DNA of 64,000 nucleotides from an uncultured Chloroflexia bacterium (GTDB lineage: Bacteria > Chloroflexota > Anaerolineae > CG2-30-64-16), in NCBI GenBank assembly GCA_963774265.1, contig CAVZDU010000005.1, forward strand, positions 64,001 through 128,000, in the 5' to 3' direction. Under the pieces are notes generated by a model. That model saw nothing but the letters and a program-made list of their open reading frames with translations, did no database searches and was not told where the DNA came from. The translations under genes were made by a program, and so were the position numbers. Shown one piece after another: positions 9,366-19,846 of the stretch (positions are counted from its first letter, which is position 1; every line of letters begins with the position of its first letter).

Positions 9366-10861
9366 GAATGTCACTAAGAATTCTCGGCAAGTTGTTGTCG
9401 TAGCCGTTGACGCTCCTGGTTGCGTGGTTCGTTAAGAACTGGGTAGACCCGGGGTTTGTAATGACAGGCCCGTGGTTCTACCCGGCCGGGCGGGCGGTGC
9501 GGTATGCGGCGTGAGGCCAGGCGCAGCAACCAAGCGGTCAGCCACGGGCTGGACCCAGTCGGCGGCCGGGCGGCGCACCACAGCGCGGCAACGCTGCGCC
9601 AGCAGTCGGCGAAACTGAGTTGGCTGGGCGGCAGAGCGCTGGCCTGCGCCGCGTGCAACATGAGCCAACGCACTAAATTGTAGGCGAGCAAGGTGGCGCA
9701 GAGCTCCTTGCGGACCAGATCGACCGATTTACAGGTGAGCCGCTCCAGGCCCATTGTGCTCTTCAGACTGCGCAGACACAGTTCGGCTGTCCAGCGGCGG
9801 CCGTAGAGTTGGATGATGTCGGCTGCGGGGTAGTGGTCCGCGTCGGTCAGCGTCGTGAACAGGTACATGATGCGGGTCCGGCTCGTGCCGGTGCCGATGC
9901 GCACACAGAGCAACCGTCCGGGGATGGGGTCGTGCGGCAGCCCGGGATGATGCCGGCGGTCCTTAGCACTCGGCCGCCACAACAGCGGCACATCGCAACC
10001 GGGTAGCACATGTGCCAGACCGACCCGCTTGGCCAGCGCATGGGCGCGCTTGGCCTGGAGCCGCCAGACGGCGTGCGCTCGGCGCTGGACCAGGAGTTGG
10101 GTCAGGCTAAAGATGCCGAAATTCGCATCGCCGAGCCACACACTGTCTGGCGCGGCATTGCGCAGCAGCGTTTCGGTCAAGCACTGCTCACTCGTGGCAT
10201 AGGCGCCATCGGCTACCTGCAGCACGGCGCCGGTGTGCAGATCGAAGGCCGCCACCAGGCGTGGGATCAGCCAATACCCCGTGCCAAAGCGCGGTTGATG
10301 CCGCCCATAGTGCGCCACTAAGCTAGCATGCGGCCAGAGCAGCAAGGTGCTGCCATCCACCACGCAGACGGGGTGCCCCAACCAGTGCTGGTCGGCGGCC
10401 GCCTGGTGGCGGATCCACTCGGCACTGTGCGTCAGTAAGTCCGGCAAGAGCTCCCCCGGCAGCCGCTGCCGGGCCTGACAGTACGCCGAGGTGCTGAGCG
10501 AGGCGAGCCGCTGCGAGCGCGGGCGCGCATGCGTATCGGCCAACCCGTCGAGCCCGCCACTGGCCATGAAACTGACCACCGCACCACAGCTATGGTCGGC
10601 GTGCAGGCGTTGGTAGATCAAACACCAGACGACGATCCAGGGTGTGAACAAGCGCTCGTAAAAGCGCTGGGTGTGCGACGCCAGCAAGGCTCGGACGTGT
10701 TCGGCACACAGCAATTGCTGGAAGACGACCCAAATCTCTGCTATAGTGACGGGTGCTGTCGGCGTAAGTGGCATAGATCCTCCCCTTGGTGCTCAAGATG
10801 AGGTATCTTGATGCCACTTCGCCCTCAGCTGCAAACTTGATCTGAATTCTTAGTGCCATTC
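9366..10861 (-). mobile_element. Complete IS4-family insertion sequence
   Basis: 18-bp TIRs GAATGTCACTAAGAATTC (9366-9383) and revcomp GAATGGCACTAAGAATTC (10844-10861); 12-bp TSD ACTCCGAAAAGT at 9354-9365 and 10862-10873. Confidence 0.93.
9374..10774 (-). CDS. IS4-family DDE transposase
   Basis: SAYCQARQRL, VVDGS, LGDANF, YGRRWTAELCLRSLK (YREK signature). Confidence 0.92.
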   Translation of the reverse strand: MPLTPTAPVTIAEIWVVFQQLLCAEHVRALLASHTQRFYERLFTPWIVVWCLIYQRLHADHSCGAVVSFMASGGLDGLADTHARPRSQRLASLSTSAYCQARQRLPGELLPDLLTHSAEWIRHQAAADQHWLGHPVCVVDGSTLLLWPHASLVAHYGRHQPRFGTGYWLIPRLVAAFDLHTGAVLQVADGAYATSEQCLTETLLRNAAPDSVWLGDANFGIFSLTQLLVQRRAHAVWRLQAKRAHALAKRVGLAHVLPGCDVPLLWRPSAKDRRHHPGLPHDPIPGRLLCVRIGTGTSRTRIMYLFTTLTDADHYPAADIIQLYGRRWTAELCLRSLKSTMGLERLTCKSVDLVRKELCATLLAYNLVRWLMLHAAQASALPPSQLSFADCWRSVAALWCAARPPTGSSPWLTAWLLRLASRRIPHRPPGRVEPRACHYKPRVYPVLNEPRNQERQRLRQQLAENS

Positions 10862-10914
10862 ACTCCGAAAAGTACCGGGCACCTAGCCACCTAGCCGGGC
10901 GCCTGAAGTTAATC

Positions 10915-12866
10915 CTACTTCGCGATCAGCCACACGAACTGGTACGGCGCGAGGAGCAACTCGTCCTTCAACTCCACGTCCTCGCCGCTGACCAAATCCC
11001 GGAATGTATAGCTCAGGCCGTTCGCGCGGACGGTATTCGCAGTCACGCGCTGCTCGTGCTCGCTGAAGTTGCACAGGACGAGCACACGGCCTTCGCCGCC
11101 CTGACGCACGTACGCGAAGACGTGGCCGTTGCCGGGATCCACGACCTGCATGTTGACGCCTGCAAACGCAACACTTCCCTCGCGCACCTCGATCAGGCGG
11201 TGCAGTTGCCCGTAGATCCGACCTGCAGTGCTCCCGCCATCATGACGCTGACTGACCCGAGACCAATCCGTGAAGGGACGATGCACCCAGCGGCTGTCTG
11301 TGGCTTTGGCTGGATCATCCCGGTACGAATAGTCGTTCAGCGTGCCCACTTCATCGCCCAGGTAGAGCAACGGGATCCCGCCGATGGAGAGGATGACGCT
11401 GTGGATGAGCAAGACGCGCCGGACGGCCAGCTCGATCTCCCCATTGTCCCCCTCGCGCAACGCCTTCTCCAGCCCCGCCAAAGACGCGCACGTGCCTGAG
11501 ATGCGCGCATCGCCAGTGCGCGGGTTCTCCATGAAGGGCAGGCCGCGGCTGAAGCTGCCGGGGAAGCGGCCCGTGTAGAAGGCATTAAGGAACCTTCTGT
11601 GGTCGTAGCCGTTCATGCCAAGGCGGTTAGCGGCTGCGTCGTCGAACGTCCACCCGATGTCATCGTGCACGCGCACGTAGTTGACCCACGCGCAGCCCGG
11701 CGTGATGCGAAACCGTTCGGACATGGAGTGTTGGAGCAGCCTCACTTCACGCGTTGCGAGCGACTCCCACAGGAGCGCCATCAGCAATGGGTTGTACGAG
11801 AGCTGGCATTCCTGCGGCGAGATATAGCGCGCCACCTCATCCGGGTGGACGATGGCCTCGGATTTGAAGAGAAGCGCCGGGGCCGCAATGCGCGCCAGCG
11901 CGTTGTACGCCTGGATGATCATGTGCGCTTCGAGTAGGTTTTCGCAGTTCGTGCCCATCTGCTTCCAAATGAACGCGACCGCGTCCAGCCGCAACACCTC
12001 CACGCCGGCATTGGCCAAAGACAGCATTTCTTCGAGCATGGCGCGGAACACGGCGGGGTTGCCGTAGTTCAGATCCCACTGAAAGCTGTAGAAGGTGGTC
12101 CACACCCACTTGCCCATATCGGGGCGATAGGTGAAGCTGCCCGCCCGCGCCTCCGGGAAGATCTCGCGAAGGGTGCGCTCGTACGCATCGGGCATCGTGC
12201 GGTCAGGGAAGATGTGGTAGTAGTCCGCATATTCCTCATCGCCCGCCTGCGCGGCCCGCGCCCATTCGTGCTCGTCCGACGTGTGGTTGAACACGAAGTC
12301 GACCGTCAGGCTGATGCCTTCTCGCCGCAGCTCGCCGGCCACGTCCGACAACTCGGCCATCGTGCCCAGCTTCGGGTCCACCTCGCGGTAGGAGCTGACC
12401 GCGTAGCCGCCGTCGTTCTCGCCCTCCGGGGCTTTGAACAGGGGCATCAGGTGCAGGTAGGTGAGGCCCAGCTCCTTGAGGTAAGGCAGCTTGTCCCTGC
12501 AGTCCTCGCAGGTTCCCCGCAAACAAGTCGACATAACACACGCCACCCAGCATCTGCTGCGACTGGAACCACGTCGTGTCCGACTCGCGCGGCGTCCAAC
12601 GCCTTCAGGTCGGCCGGGCGGGCCAGGTACAGCCGGGCGGCGGTCTCCAGGATCTGTTCGAGATGGTAGAAGAAGTCATAACGGCCGCCGTACAGGTGAT
12701 GGAGGAGGCCGAAGAGATGCTCGAAATTATCCCGCAGCCTGGCTTCGAAGAGCTGCCATTCTGCCGCGGGGATATTGGCGAAGGTTGCGGCCAGGTGCGG
12801 CAGGACGCGGCCCAGTGTCAACTGAGCTTGCTGGCGCAGCCATTGCGGAGACACATTGCCGTCCAT
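10915..12866 (-). CDS. Amylosucrase / GH13 alpha-glucosidase, frameshifted in 5' part (~12500-12590)
   Basis: [44 protein letters not shown]; N-terminus in ORF 12447-12905 with ATG 12866 and AAGGAG RBS. Confidence 0.9.
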
Positions 12867-12890
12867 GCAGGCGCTCCTTGGGGTCAAATG

Positions 12891-12920
12891 CAAAGGGTGA
12901 GCCACTTAGCTCACCCTTTG
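12891..12920. other. Intergenic hairpin between permease and amylosucrase
   Basis: CAAAGGGTGAGC-CACTTA-GCTCACCCTTTG, 12-bp perfect stem. Confidence 0.6.
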
Positions 12921-12941
12921 GTGCTGTTGCCAGTACGAGAT

Positions 12942-14057
12942 CTAGCCCTTCACCGACCCGGCCATCAGCCCGCGCACGAAGTAGCGCTGCAGGGCGAAGA
13001 ACACCGCCAGCGGCAGGATCATGCTGATGAACGCGCCGGCGGTGAGCAGGTGCCAGTCCTGGCCCTTTTCGCCGACGATGGCGGCCAGGGCGCTCGGTGA
13101 CCACCCGGTTCTGGTCGCCCAGGAAGACCAGGGCCACCAGGTAGTCATTCCAGACCCACAGGAACTGGAAGATGGCGAACGAAGCCAGCGCCGGCACCGA
13201 CAGCGGCAGGATCAGCTGGGTGAAGATGGTGAAGCTGCGACGCGCCGTCGATGAAGGCCGATTCGAGGATATCGCGCGGCAGGCTCGCTGATGTAGTTGA
13301 ACAGCAGGTAGATGGCCAGCGGCAGGCCAAAGCCGGTGTGCGCCAGCCAGATGGCCAGGAAGGTGCCGTTCAGGTTGAGCTTGGTGTAGTCCTGCAGGAT
13401 GGGCACCAGGGCGATCTGCAGCGGCACCACCAGCAGCGCCACCACCAGCGTGAAGAGGAACTTGCGGCCGGGGAAATTCATCCAGGCAAAGCCGTAGGCG
13501 GCAGAAGGCGGCGATCAGGATGGGGATGATCGTGGCGGGCACGGCCACCGCGATCGAGTTCAGGAACGCCGTGCCCAGGTTGTTGCCCTTGCGGATGATC
13601 TCCTGGCCGGACGCATCCTTGAACCTGATCTCTTTGCCGGTGAGAACATTCTTGTAGTTGTCCAGGGTCAGATTGGCGCCGAAGCCCACCCACTGCTGCT
13701 CGGAAACCTTGATCAGGCGGGTGCGCTTGTTGCCGAACCAGGTGCAGCTGGCGGCCGTCCGGCAGGGTGACGCCCTCGCGCAACTCCTCGAACGTGGTGG
13801 TGACGCCCTCGATCTCGAAGGACCCGTTGACGTCCACGGTGTCAGGGAGCTTGATCTCGCTCTTCTTCCACGTATCGCTGGTGTGGCAGGACCGTCCACC
13901 AGCCCGAGCTGAAGATGTCCTGGCTCTGGCGGAAGGAGGTGACGAAGACGCCCAGCGACGGGCACCAGCCAGAGCATGCAGATCAGGATCAGAATGCCGT
14001 TCACGAGCACACTGGCGTCATCCGCTGCTGCCTTTTGAGACCACCTGTTGCGCTCAT
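12942..14057 (-). CDS. Carbohydrate ABC permease (AglG-like), multiple frameshifts
   Basis: Fragments FLNSIAVAVPATIIP, WLAHTGFGLPLAIYLL, ESAFIDGAS, FQFLWVWNDYL, QRYFVRGLMAGSVKG. Confidence 0.85.
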
Positions 14058-15184
14058 CAGAAGGCCTTCCTTTCGCCGAACTGCCGCAGGTTGTAGATCA
14101 TGACCGGGATGACTGCGAGCAGCAGGATGATGGCGATGGCCGAGGCACGGCCGGTGTGGCTGTAGGTGAAGCGCTGCAGGTAGAACTCGTTGGCGATGAC
14201 GTTGGTGCCGTTGTTGCCGCCGGTCATCACGCGCACGATATCGAACAGCTTCAGGCTGAAGATGACGATCGTGGTGGTGACGGTGATGAGGGTGCCCTTG
14301 ATGTAGGGGATGGTGATGCTGAAGAAGGCTCTGCATCTCGTTCGCGCCGTCCATCCGGGCCGCTTCCAGCAGCTCAGACGGGCATCCCCTTGATCGCGGA
14401 GGAGATGATCACCATGGCGTAGCCGGTCTGCAGCCAGACCATGATGATGATCAGGAAGAAGTTGTTCCAGGGCGGCAGCGACAGCCAGGGCTGCGACTGG
14501 CCGCCCAGGGCCAGTGACGATGGCGTTCATCAGGCCAATCTCCTGCGATGCCCTGGCCTTCGCCCTTGTAGGTGTAGATGAATTTCCAGATCACGCCCGC
14601 GCCGACGAAGGAGATGGCCATGGGCATGAAGATGATGGCCTTGTAGACAGACTCGAACCGGCTGCGGTCTGCCAGCACGGCGATCAGCAGTCCCAGGCCA
14701 ACGCAGAAGTCCGGTGCCGAAGATCATCCACAGCAGGTTGTTGCGGAAGCGCTTCCAGCATGATGCGGTCGGTGAAGGCGAAGATGTAGTTGGTCAGGCC
14801 CACGAAGGTCGAGCCGGTCTCGTCCTGGAAGCTGAGAATCAGCGTGCGAACGACCGGGATCGCCAGGAACCAGGCCAGGATGGCGAGAGCCGGGCCCACA
14901 AAGACGAACGGCTGGATCAAGCGGCGGGCGTCGTCCGGGAAGCTTCTCCACCAACCAGTTGGAGACCGCAGAACAGCAGGGCCACGCCGCCGACACCCCA
15001 CAGGATCGCCACGATGACCATGACGATCTGGGGGGCCTGGCTGTTGCGAAGAAAGATGAACCCCTGCCAGAGGACGAGGAACGTGATAAGCGGCACGAAT
15101 ATGGACACCAGGATTCGTCCCAGACCGGTCGCCAGCCAGGCCAGCGGACCGCCGGATTGCTTCGGTATCTCTGGAGCTAGTCAT
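14057..15184 (-). CDS. Carbohydrate ABC permease (AglF-like), multiple frameshifts
   Basis: Fragments FVFVGPAL, FVGLTNY, IFMPMAISFVGAGVIW, LKLFDIVRVMTGGN. Confidence 0.85.
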
Positions 15185-15304
15185 GTCGCCTCCTCGTATC
15201 TGCTCGAGATGATGGGAGCAGTGGATCGGGCGCCCCGGCCTCGGAGTGCACCGTGTGCTCGTCGCCGAGCGAGGCCGTGGCAAGTCAGGTCCTACCTGGC
15301 CGGA

Positions 15305-18104
15305 TTACTTGGGCCAGGAGGCGTCGATCTCCTTGAGGGCGGTGTCCAGGCTGATGGAGCCGGAGACGAAGGCGGTCATTGACTTCCAGAAGGAGCCGGC
15401 GCCGACCGCGCCGGGCATCAGGTCAGAGCCGTCGAAGCGGAAGGTGGTGGCGTTCTGCAGGATCTCGGCGACCTTGCGGGTGACGGGGTCCTGGTACCAG
15501 TCGAGGCTGGCGTCCTTGTGCGGTGAGATGGCGCCGCCGGCCTCCACCCAGCCCTTGACCGAAGTCGCCGGTGGAGAAGTACTGGATGACGGCGCGGACT
15601 TCGGGCCGGTCGTTGAACATGGCGTAGATGTCGCCAGCGCACCAGGACGGGCTTGCCGTAGGCTGGATCGATGCGCGGGCAGGTAGAAGAAGTCGTAGTC
15701 TTCGCCGGCCACCAGGCCTTCGGGGAAGAAGGTGGTGATGAAGTTGCCCTGCTTGTGGAGCCAGCACTTGGGCGGCTTCTCGAACATGGGCTTGGGGGCA
15801 TCGCCGAAGGCGGTGGTGGCGATGGCCTTGCGGCCGCCGTAGACGTACTCGTCGTTGAACCAGATCTTGGTGACGACGTCGATGGCCTTGCGGACTTCGG
15901 GGGAATCGAACTTGAGCTGCCCGCGACCCACTTGTCGTAGTTCTCCAGGGTGGTGGTGCGCAGCATGATCTCTTCGATCCAGTCGGTCATCGGCCAGCCG
16001 GTGGCCGCGCCGGACTCGATGCCGATGCACCAGGGGGTGTCGCCGTCTCCGCGATCTGGTCGGTGAGGGCCATCAGCTCGTCCCAGGTGGTGGGGACTTT
16101 GTAGCCGGCGGCGTCGAACTCGGCCTTGGGGTACCAGACCAGCGACTTGCCGTTGACGCGGGCCCAGATGCCGGCCATGATCGGGCCATCCTGGGGCCCT
16201 GCATGGTGCCCATGTCGAGCCAGGACTGGATGTAGTTCTGCTTGAGCCAGTCGGGGTTGATGACCTTGTTCAGGTCGATGACTTTGCCCTTCTTGACCAT
16301 GGTTGGCCAGCAGGCCGGGCTGCGGGAAGTCGACGATGTCGGGCGGGTTGCCGCCGTCGACCTGGATCGAGATGGAGGCTTCGAATTCCTTCGAGCCGGT
16401 GTACTGGATGTCGATGCCGGTGCTGTCTTCGAAGTCCTTGACCGATTCGTCGAACTTGACGGCGTCGTTGTCGGTGAACGGGCCGTCCATGGTGACCTTG
16501 GTGCCCTTGTACTTGCCACCATAGGCATCGACCAGCTCGGTCAGGCCCTTGCTCTTGGCGCCCTCGGCGCTCGCGCCGACGCGGCAGCGGCAGCGAGCCG
16601 CTTAGCCGGCGTCGCACCGGTGCTGGCCGGCCAGGAGGCGTCGATTTCCTTGAGGGCGGTGTCTTCGTCGATGGAGCCGGAGACGAAGGAGGTCATGGAC
16701 TTCCAGAAGGAGCCGGAGCCGACTGCGCTCGGCATCAGGTCAGAGGCGTCGAAGCGGAAGGTAGTGGCATTCTGCAGGATCTCGGCGACCTTGCGGGTGA
16801 CGGGGTCCTGGTACCAGTCGAGGGCGGCGTCCTTGTGCGGTGAGATGGCGCCGCCGGCTTCGACCCAGCCCTTGACGAAGTCGCCGGTGGAGAAGTACTG
16901 GATGACCGCGCGGACTTCGGGCCGGTCGTTGAACATGGCGTAGATGTCGCCAGCGCACCAGGACGGGCTTGCCGTACGGCTGGATCGATGCGCGGGCAGG
17001 TAGAAGAAGTCGTAGTCTTCGCCGGCCTCCAGGCCTTCGGGGAAGAAGGTGGTGATGAAGTTGCCCTGCTTGTGGAGCCAGCACTTGGGCGGCTTCTCGA
17101 ACATGGGCTTGGGGGCATCGCCGAAGGCGGTGGTGGCGATGGCGCTTGCGGCCGCCGTAGACGTACTCGTCGTTGAACCAGATCTTGGTGACGGCGTCGA
17201 TGGCCTTGCGGACTTCAGGTGAATCGAACTTGAGCGTGCCGGCGACCCACTTGTCGTAGTTCTCCGGGGTGGTGGTGCGCAGCATCATCTCTTCGATCCA
17301 GTCGGTCATGGGCCAGCCGGTGGCCGCGCCGGACTCGATGCCGATGCACCAGGGGGCGTCGCCGTCGGCCTCGATCTGGTCGGAGAGGGCGATCAGCTCA
17401 TCCCAGGTGGTGGGGACTTTGTAGCCCGCGGCGTCGAACTCGGCCTTGGGGTACCAGACGAGCGACTTACCGTTGGCGCGGGCCCAGATGCCGGCGGTGA
17501 TGGGGCCATCCTTGCCCGTGCATCTGGCCCATGTTCGAGCCAGGCCTGGCTGTAGTTTTCCTTGAGCCAGTCGGTGTTGATGACCTTGCTCAGGTCGACG
17601 ACTTGGCCCTTCTTGGCCATGTTGGCCAGCAGGCCGGGCTGCGGGAAGTCGACGATGTCGGGCGGGTTGCCGCCGTCGACCTTGATCGCGATCGAGGCCT
17701 CGAATTCCTTCGAGCCGGTGTAGACGGATATCGATGCCGGTGGCCGCTTCGAAGGCCTTGACCGATTCATCGAACTTGACGGCGTCGTTGTCGGTGAACG
17801 GGCCGTCCATCGTGACCTTGGTGCCCTTGTACTTGCCACCATAGGCATCGACCAGCTCGGTCAGGCCCTTGCTCTTGGCGCCCTCGGCGCTCGCGCCGAC
17901 GCCTCCGGCTGCTGCCGGTGCGGGGGCCGCCGGCGCCTCAGTGGCAGCCGGCGCCGCAGCCGGCGCCTCGGTGGCCTTGGGGGCCTCTGTCGGCGCCGCG
18001 GCCGGTGCAGGCGCGGCTGTCGGCGCGGGCGTGGCCTTTGCGCCACACCCTGTCAGAACCAGCGCCATGATCATGATGATGGTCAGGATACTCCAACGCT
18101 TCAT
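15305..18104 (-). CDS. Alpha-glucoside ABC substrate-binding lipoprotein (AglE-like) with two tandem binding domains; frameshifted
   Basis: MKRW..LTGC lipoprotein signal, Ala/Pro linker, then two diverged copies of GGNPPDIVDFPQPG..NGKSLVWYPK..ATGWPMTDWIEE..RFD(G/A)SDLMP. Confidence 0.8.
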
Positions 18105-18228
18105 GTGCTTCTCCTTCTTGAGATATGCATTCGGTAGATATGCATGCGGACTGTCAGTTGTGATCCGGGCTCGTTTTTCTTGTCTGTCGTAGGATCGATA
18201 TGGGCCTCCTTTCGTTCTCAGCACGGGC

Positions 18229-19224
18229 TCAAGCGGTCTCCCGCTGCACGAGGCTGAGCGGTAACCAGACTTCCTGGGCGGCCCGCGAGGGGTCGGCCAG
18301 GCGCGACAAAAGCAAATCAACCGCCACCCGGCCCGACTCCTCGAGGTGCTGGCGGATGGTGGTCAGGCCGATGTAATCTGCCACGTCGATATCATCGAAG
18401 CCGATGACGGCCAGGTCCGCGGGCACGCGCACGCTGCGCTCGCGCGCGGCCTTGAGCACGCCCATGGCCTGGGTGTCACTGGCGGCGAAGATCGCCGTGG
18501 GGGGATGGGGAAGATCAAACAGGGCATGAGCGGACAGCCGAGCGGAATCCATGCCGTGAGGGGCACACGCGATATAGTCGACAGGCAGGTCGATGCCGGC
18601 TTCGGTCAGCGCCTGGCGATAGCCCGCCAGCCGCACCTCGCTGTTCCGCATAGCGTAATCGGGTACGTCCGAATCGCCGACGAAGCCGCAGCGCTGATGG
18701 CCGAGACTGAGAAGATGCTGAGCGGCCATGGCGCCACCGGCGACATCGTCGATGCGCACGCTGCTGAAGGGTGGTCGCGAGGTCTCGATGAGTACGGTCG
18801 GCAGATCGTGTGTGATCAGGCGTTCGCCGGCCTCGTCATTAAAGGGCAGGGCCATGATGATCAGCGCGTCGACGCGGCGCGTGACCGGCAGGCTGGCGAG
18901 CAGGCCAGCGCGGCGGGAAGAGGAATCGACGTTGTAGATCGTGAGATCGAAAGGCGCGTCACTCAGGGCGTTGGCAACGCCCCGGAGCCGGGCCACAAAT
19001 GATGGAAAGGTGAAGAATGGCGCCAGCACGCCGATCCGGGCATGGCTCTTGCGGGCCCGTGCGGTGGCTTCCGCCTTGGGCACGAAACCCAGTTCGTCGA
19101 TGGCGTGGTGGACGCGGGTGCGCGTGATCTCACCCACGCGCTCGGGAGTGTTGAGCACGCGGGAGACTGTGGCAATGCTGACCCCGGCCTTCCTGGCCAC
19201 TTCGTACACTGTCACCTGTGACAT
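18229..19224 (-). CDS. LacI-family transcriptional regulator
   Basis: [25 protein letters not shown]; [15 protein letters not shown]. Confidence 0.95.
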   Translation of the reverse strand: MSQVTVYEVARKAGVSIATVSRVLNTPERVGEITRTRVHHAIDELGFVPKAEATARARKSHARIGVLAPFFTFPSFVARLRGVANALSDAPFDLTIYNVDSSSRRAGLLASLPVTRRVDALIIMALPFNDEAGERLITHDLPTVLIETSRPPFSSVRIDDVAGGAMAAQHLLSLGHQRCGFVGDSDVPDYAMRNSEVRLAGYRQALTEAGIDLPVDYIACAPHGMDSARLSAHALFDLPHPPTAIFAASDTQAMGVLKAARERSVRVPADLAVIGFDDIDVADYIGLTTIRQHLEESGRVAVDLLLSRLADPSRAAQEVWLPLSLVQRETA

Positions 19225-19270
19225 GTAGCTCCGGTCTCTGGTGGCTGGCGGCATGGATAAACAACTTCCA

Positions 19271-19284
19271 TGAAAGCACTTACA
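19271..19284. promoter_or_regulatory. Candidate LacI-family operator TGAAAGCACTTACA
   Basis: Near-palindrome resembling TGTAAGCGCTTACA just upstream of the LacI gene. Confidence 0.6.
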
Positions 19285-19377
19285 TGAGTAAGAGTTATAG
19301 CATGCTTTGAGAGGGCTGTCAAACAGATTGCGGCTTTGCAGCAGTGAAATTGAGGCGCCCGGCGCCTGGACGCAACT

Positions 19378-19842
19378 TCAACTCCCGTTCTGTGTATCAT
19401 CCAACCGGGCGCGGCGCGGGGCGAGATCTTCCTCTTCTTGCAGGGGCGGCAGATCGCGGACGGGGATGCCCGAGTCGGCGCCTGGTGTACGGGGCCCAAC
19501 GCGTGTGAACTCGACCGTCACGCCGAGCGAGGCGGCAAGGCGGGCCGCAACGGCCTCCAACTGCTCGACCTCGTCGGCATACTCCGCCAGGCGCACCCCG
19601 TCGTTTGAGGCCGTGAGGATAACCGTGTCATTGACCAGCAAGCGCGTCTCTTCGCGACCGTCCGGCGTACGGGCGGTGCGTACCAGCTTGACAGCCGCCC
19701 CGCTCGATGCCGAAAGGGACGGTTTGCCGAACACGCGCACCAGGACCGTAATCAGTAGCGTGCCGACAAGCAAAAGGGCGAGTAATTCGATGATAGCCAC
19801 GGCCAGCCTCCACCCAAGACGGGTTACGGCTCCAGTATACAC
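19378..19842 (-). CDS. Hypothetical membrane-anchored protein
   Basis: N-terminal hydrophobic helix; follows oxidoreductase in same direction. Confidence 0.6.
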   Translation of the reverse strand: MYTGAVTRLGWRLAVAIIELLALLLVGTLLITVLVRVFGKPSLSASSGAAVKLVRTARTPDGREETRLLVNDTVILTASNDGVRLAEYADEVEQLEAVAARLAASLGVTVEFTRVGPRTPGADSGIPVRDLPPLQEEEDLAPRRARLDDTQNGS

Positions 19843-19846
19843 CCGA

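Noticed and set aside
12500-17750. Programmed frameshifting or phase variation
   Set aside because: Shifts are numerous, fall in GC-rich short runs and lack slippery motifs; long-read consensus error is more parsimonious.
18121-18145. AGATATGCAT direct repeat upstream of the SBP gene
   Set aside because: Only two short copies and no match to the LacI-type operator; insufficient support.
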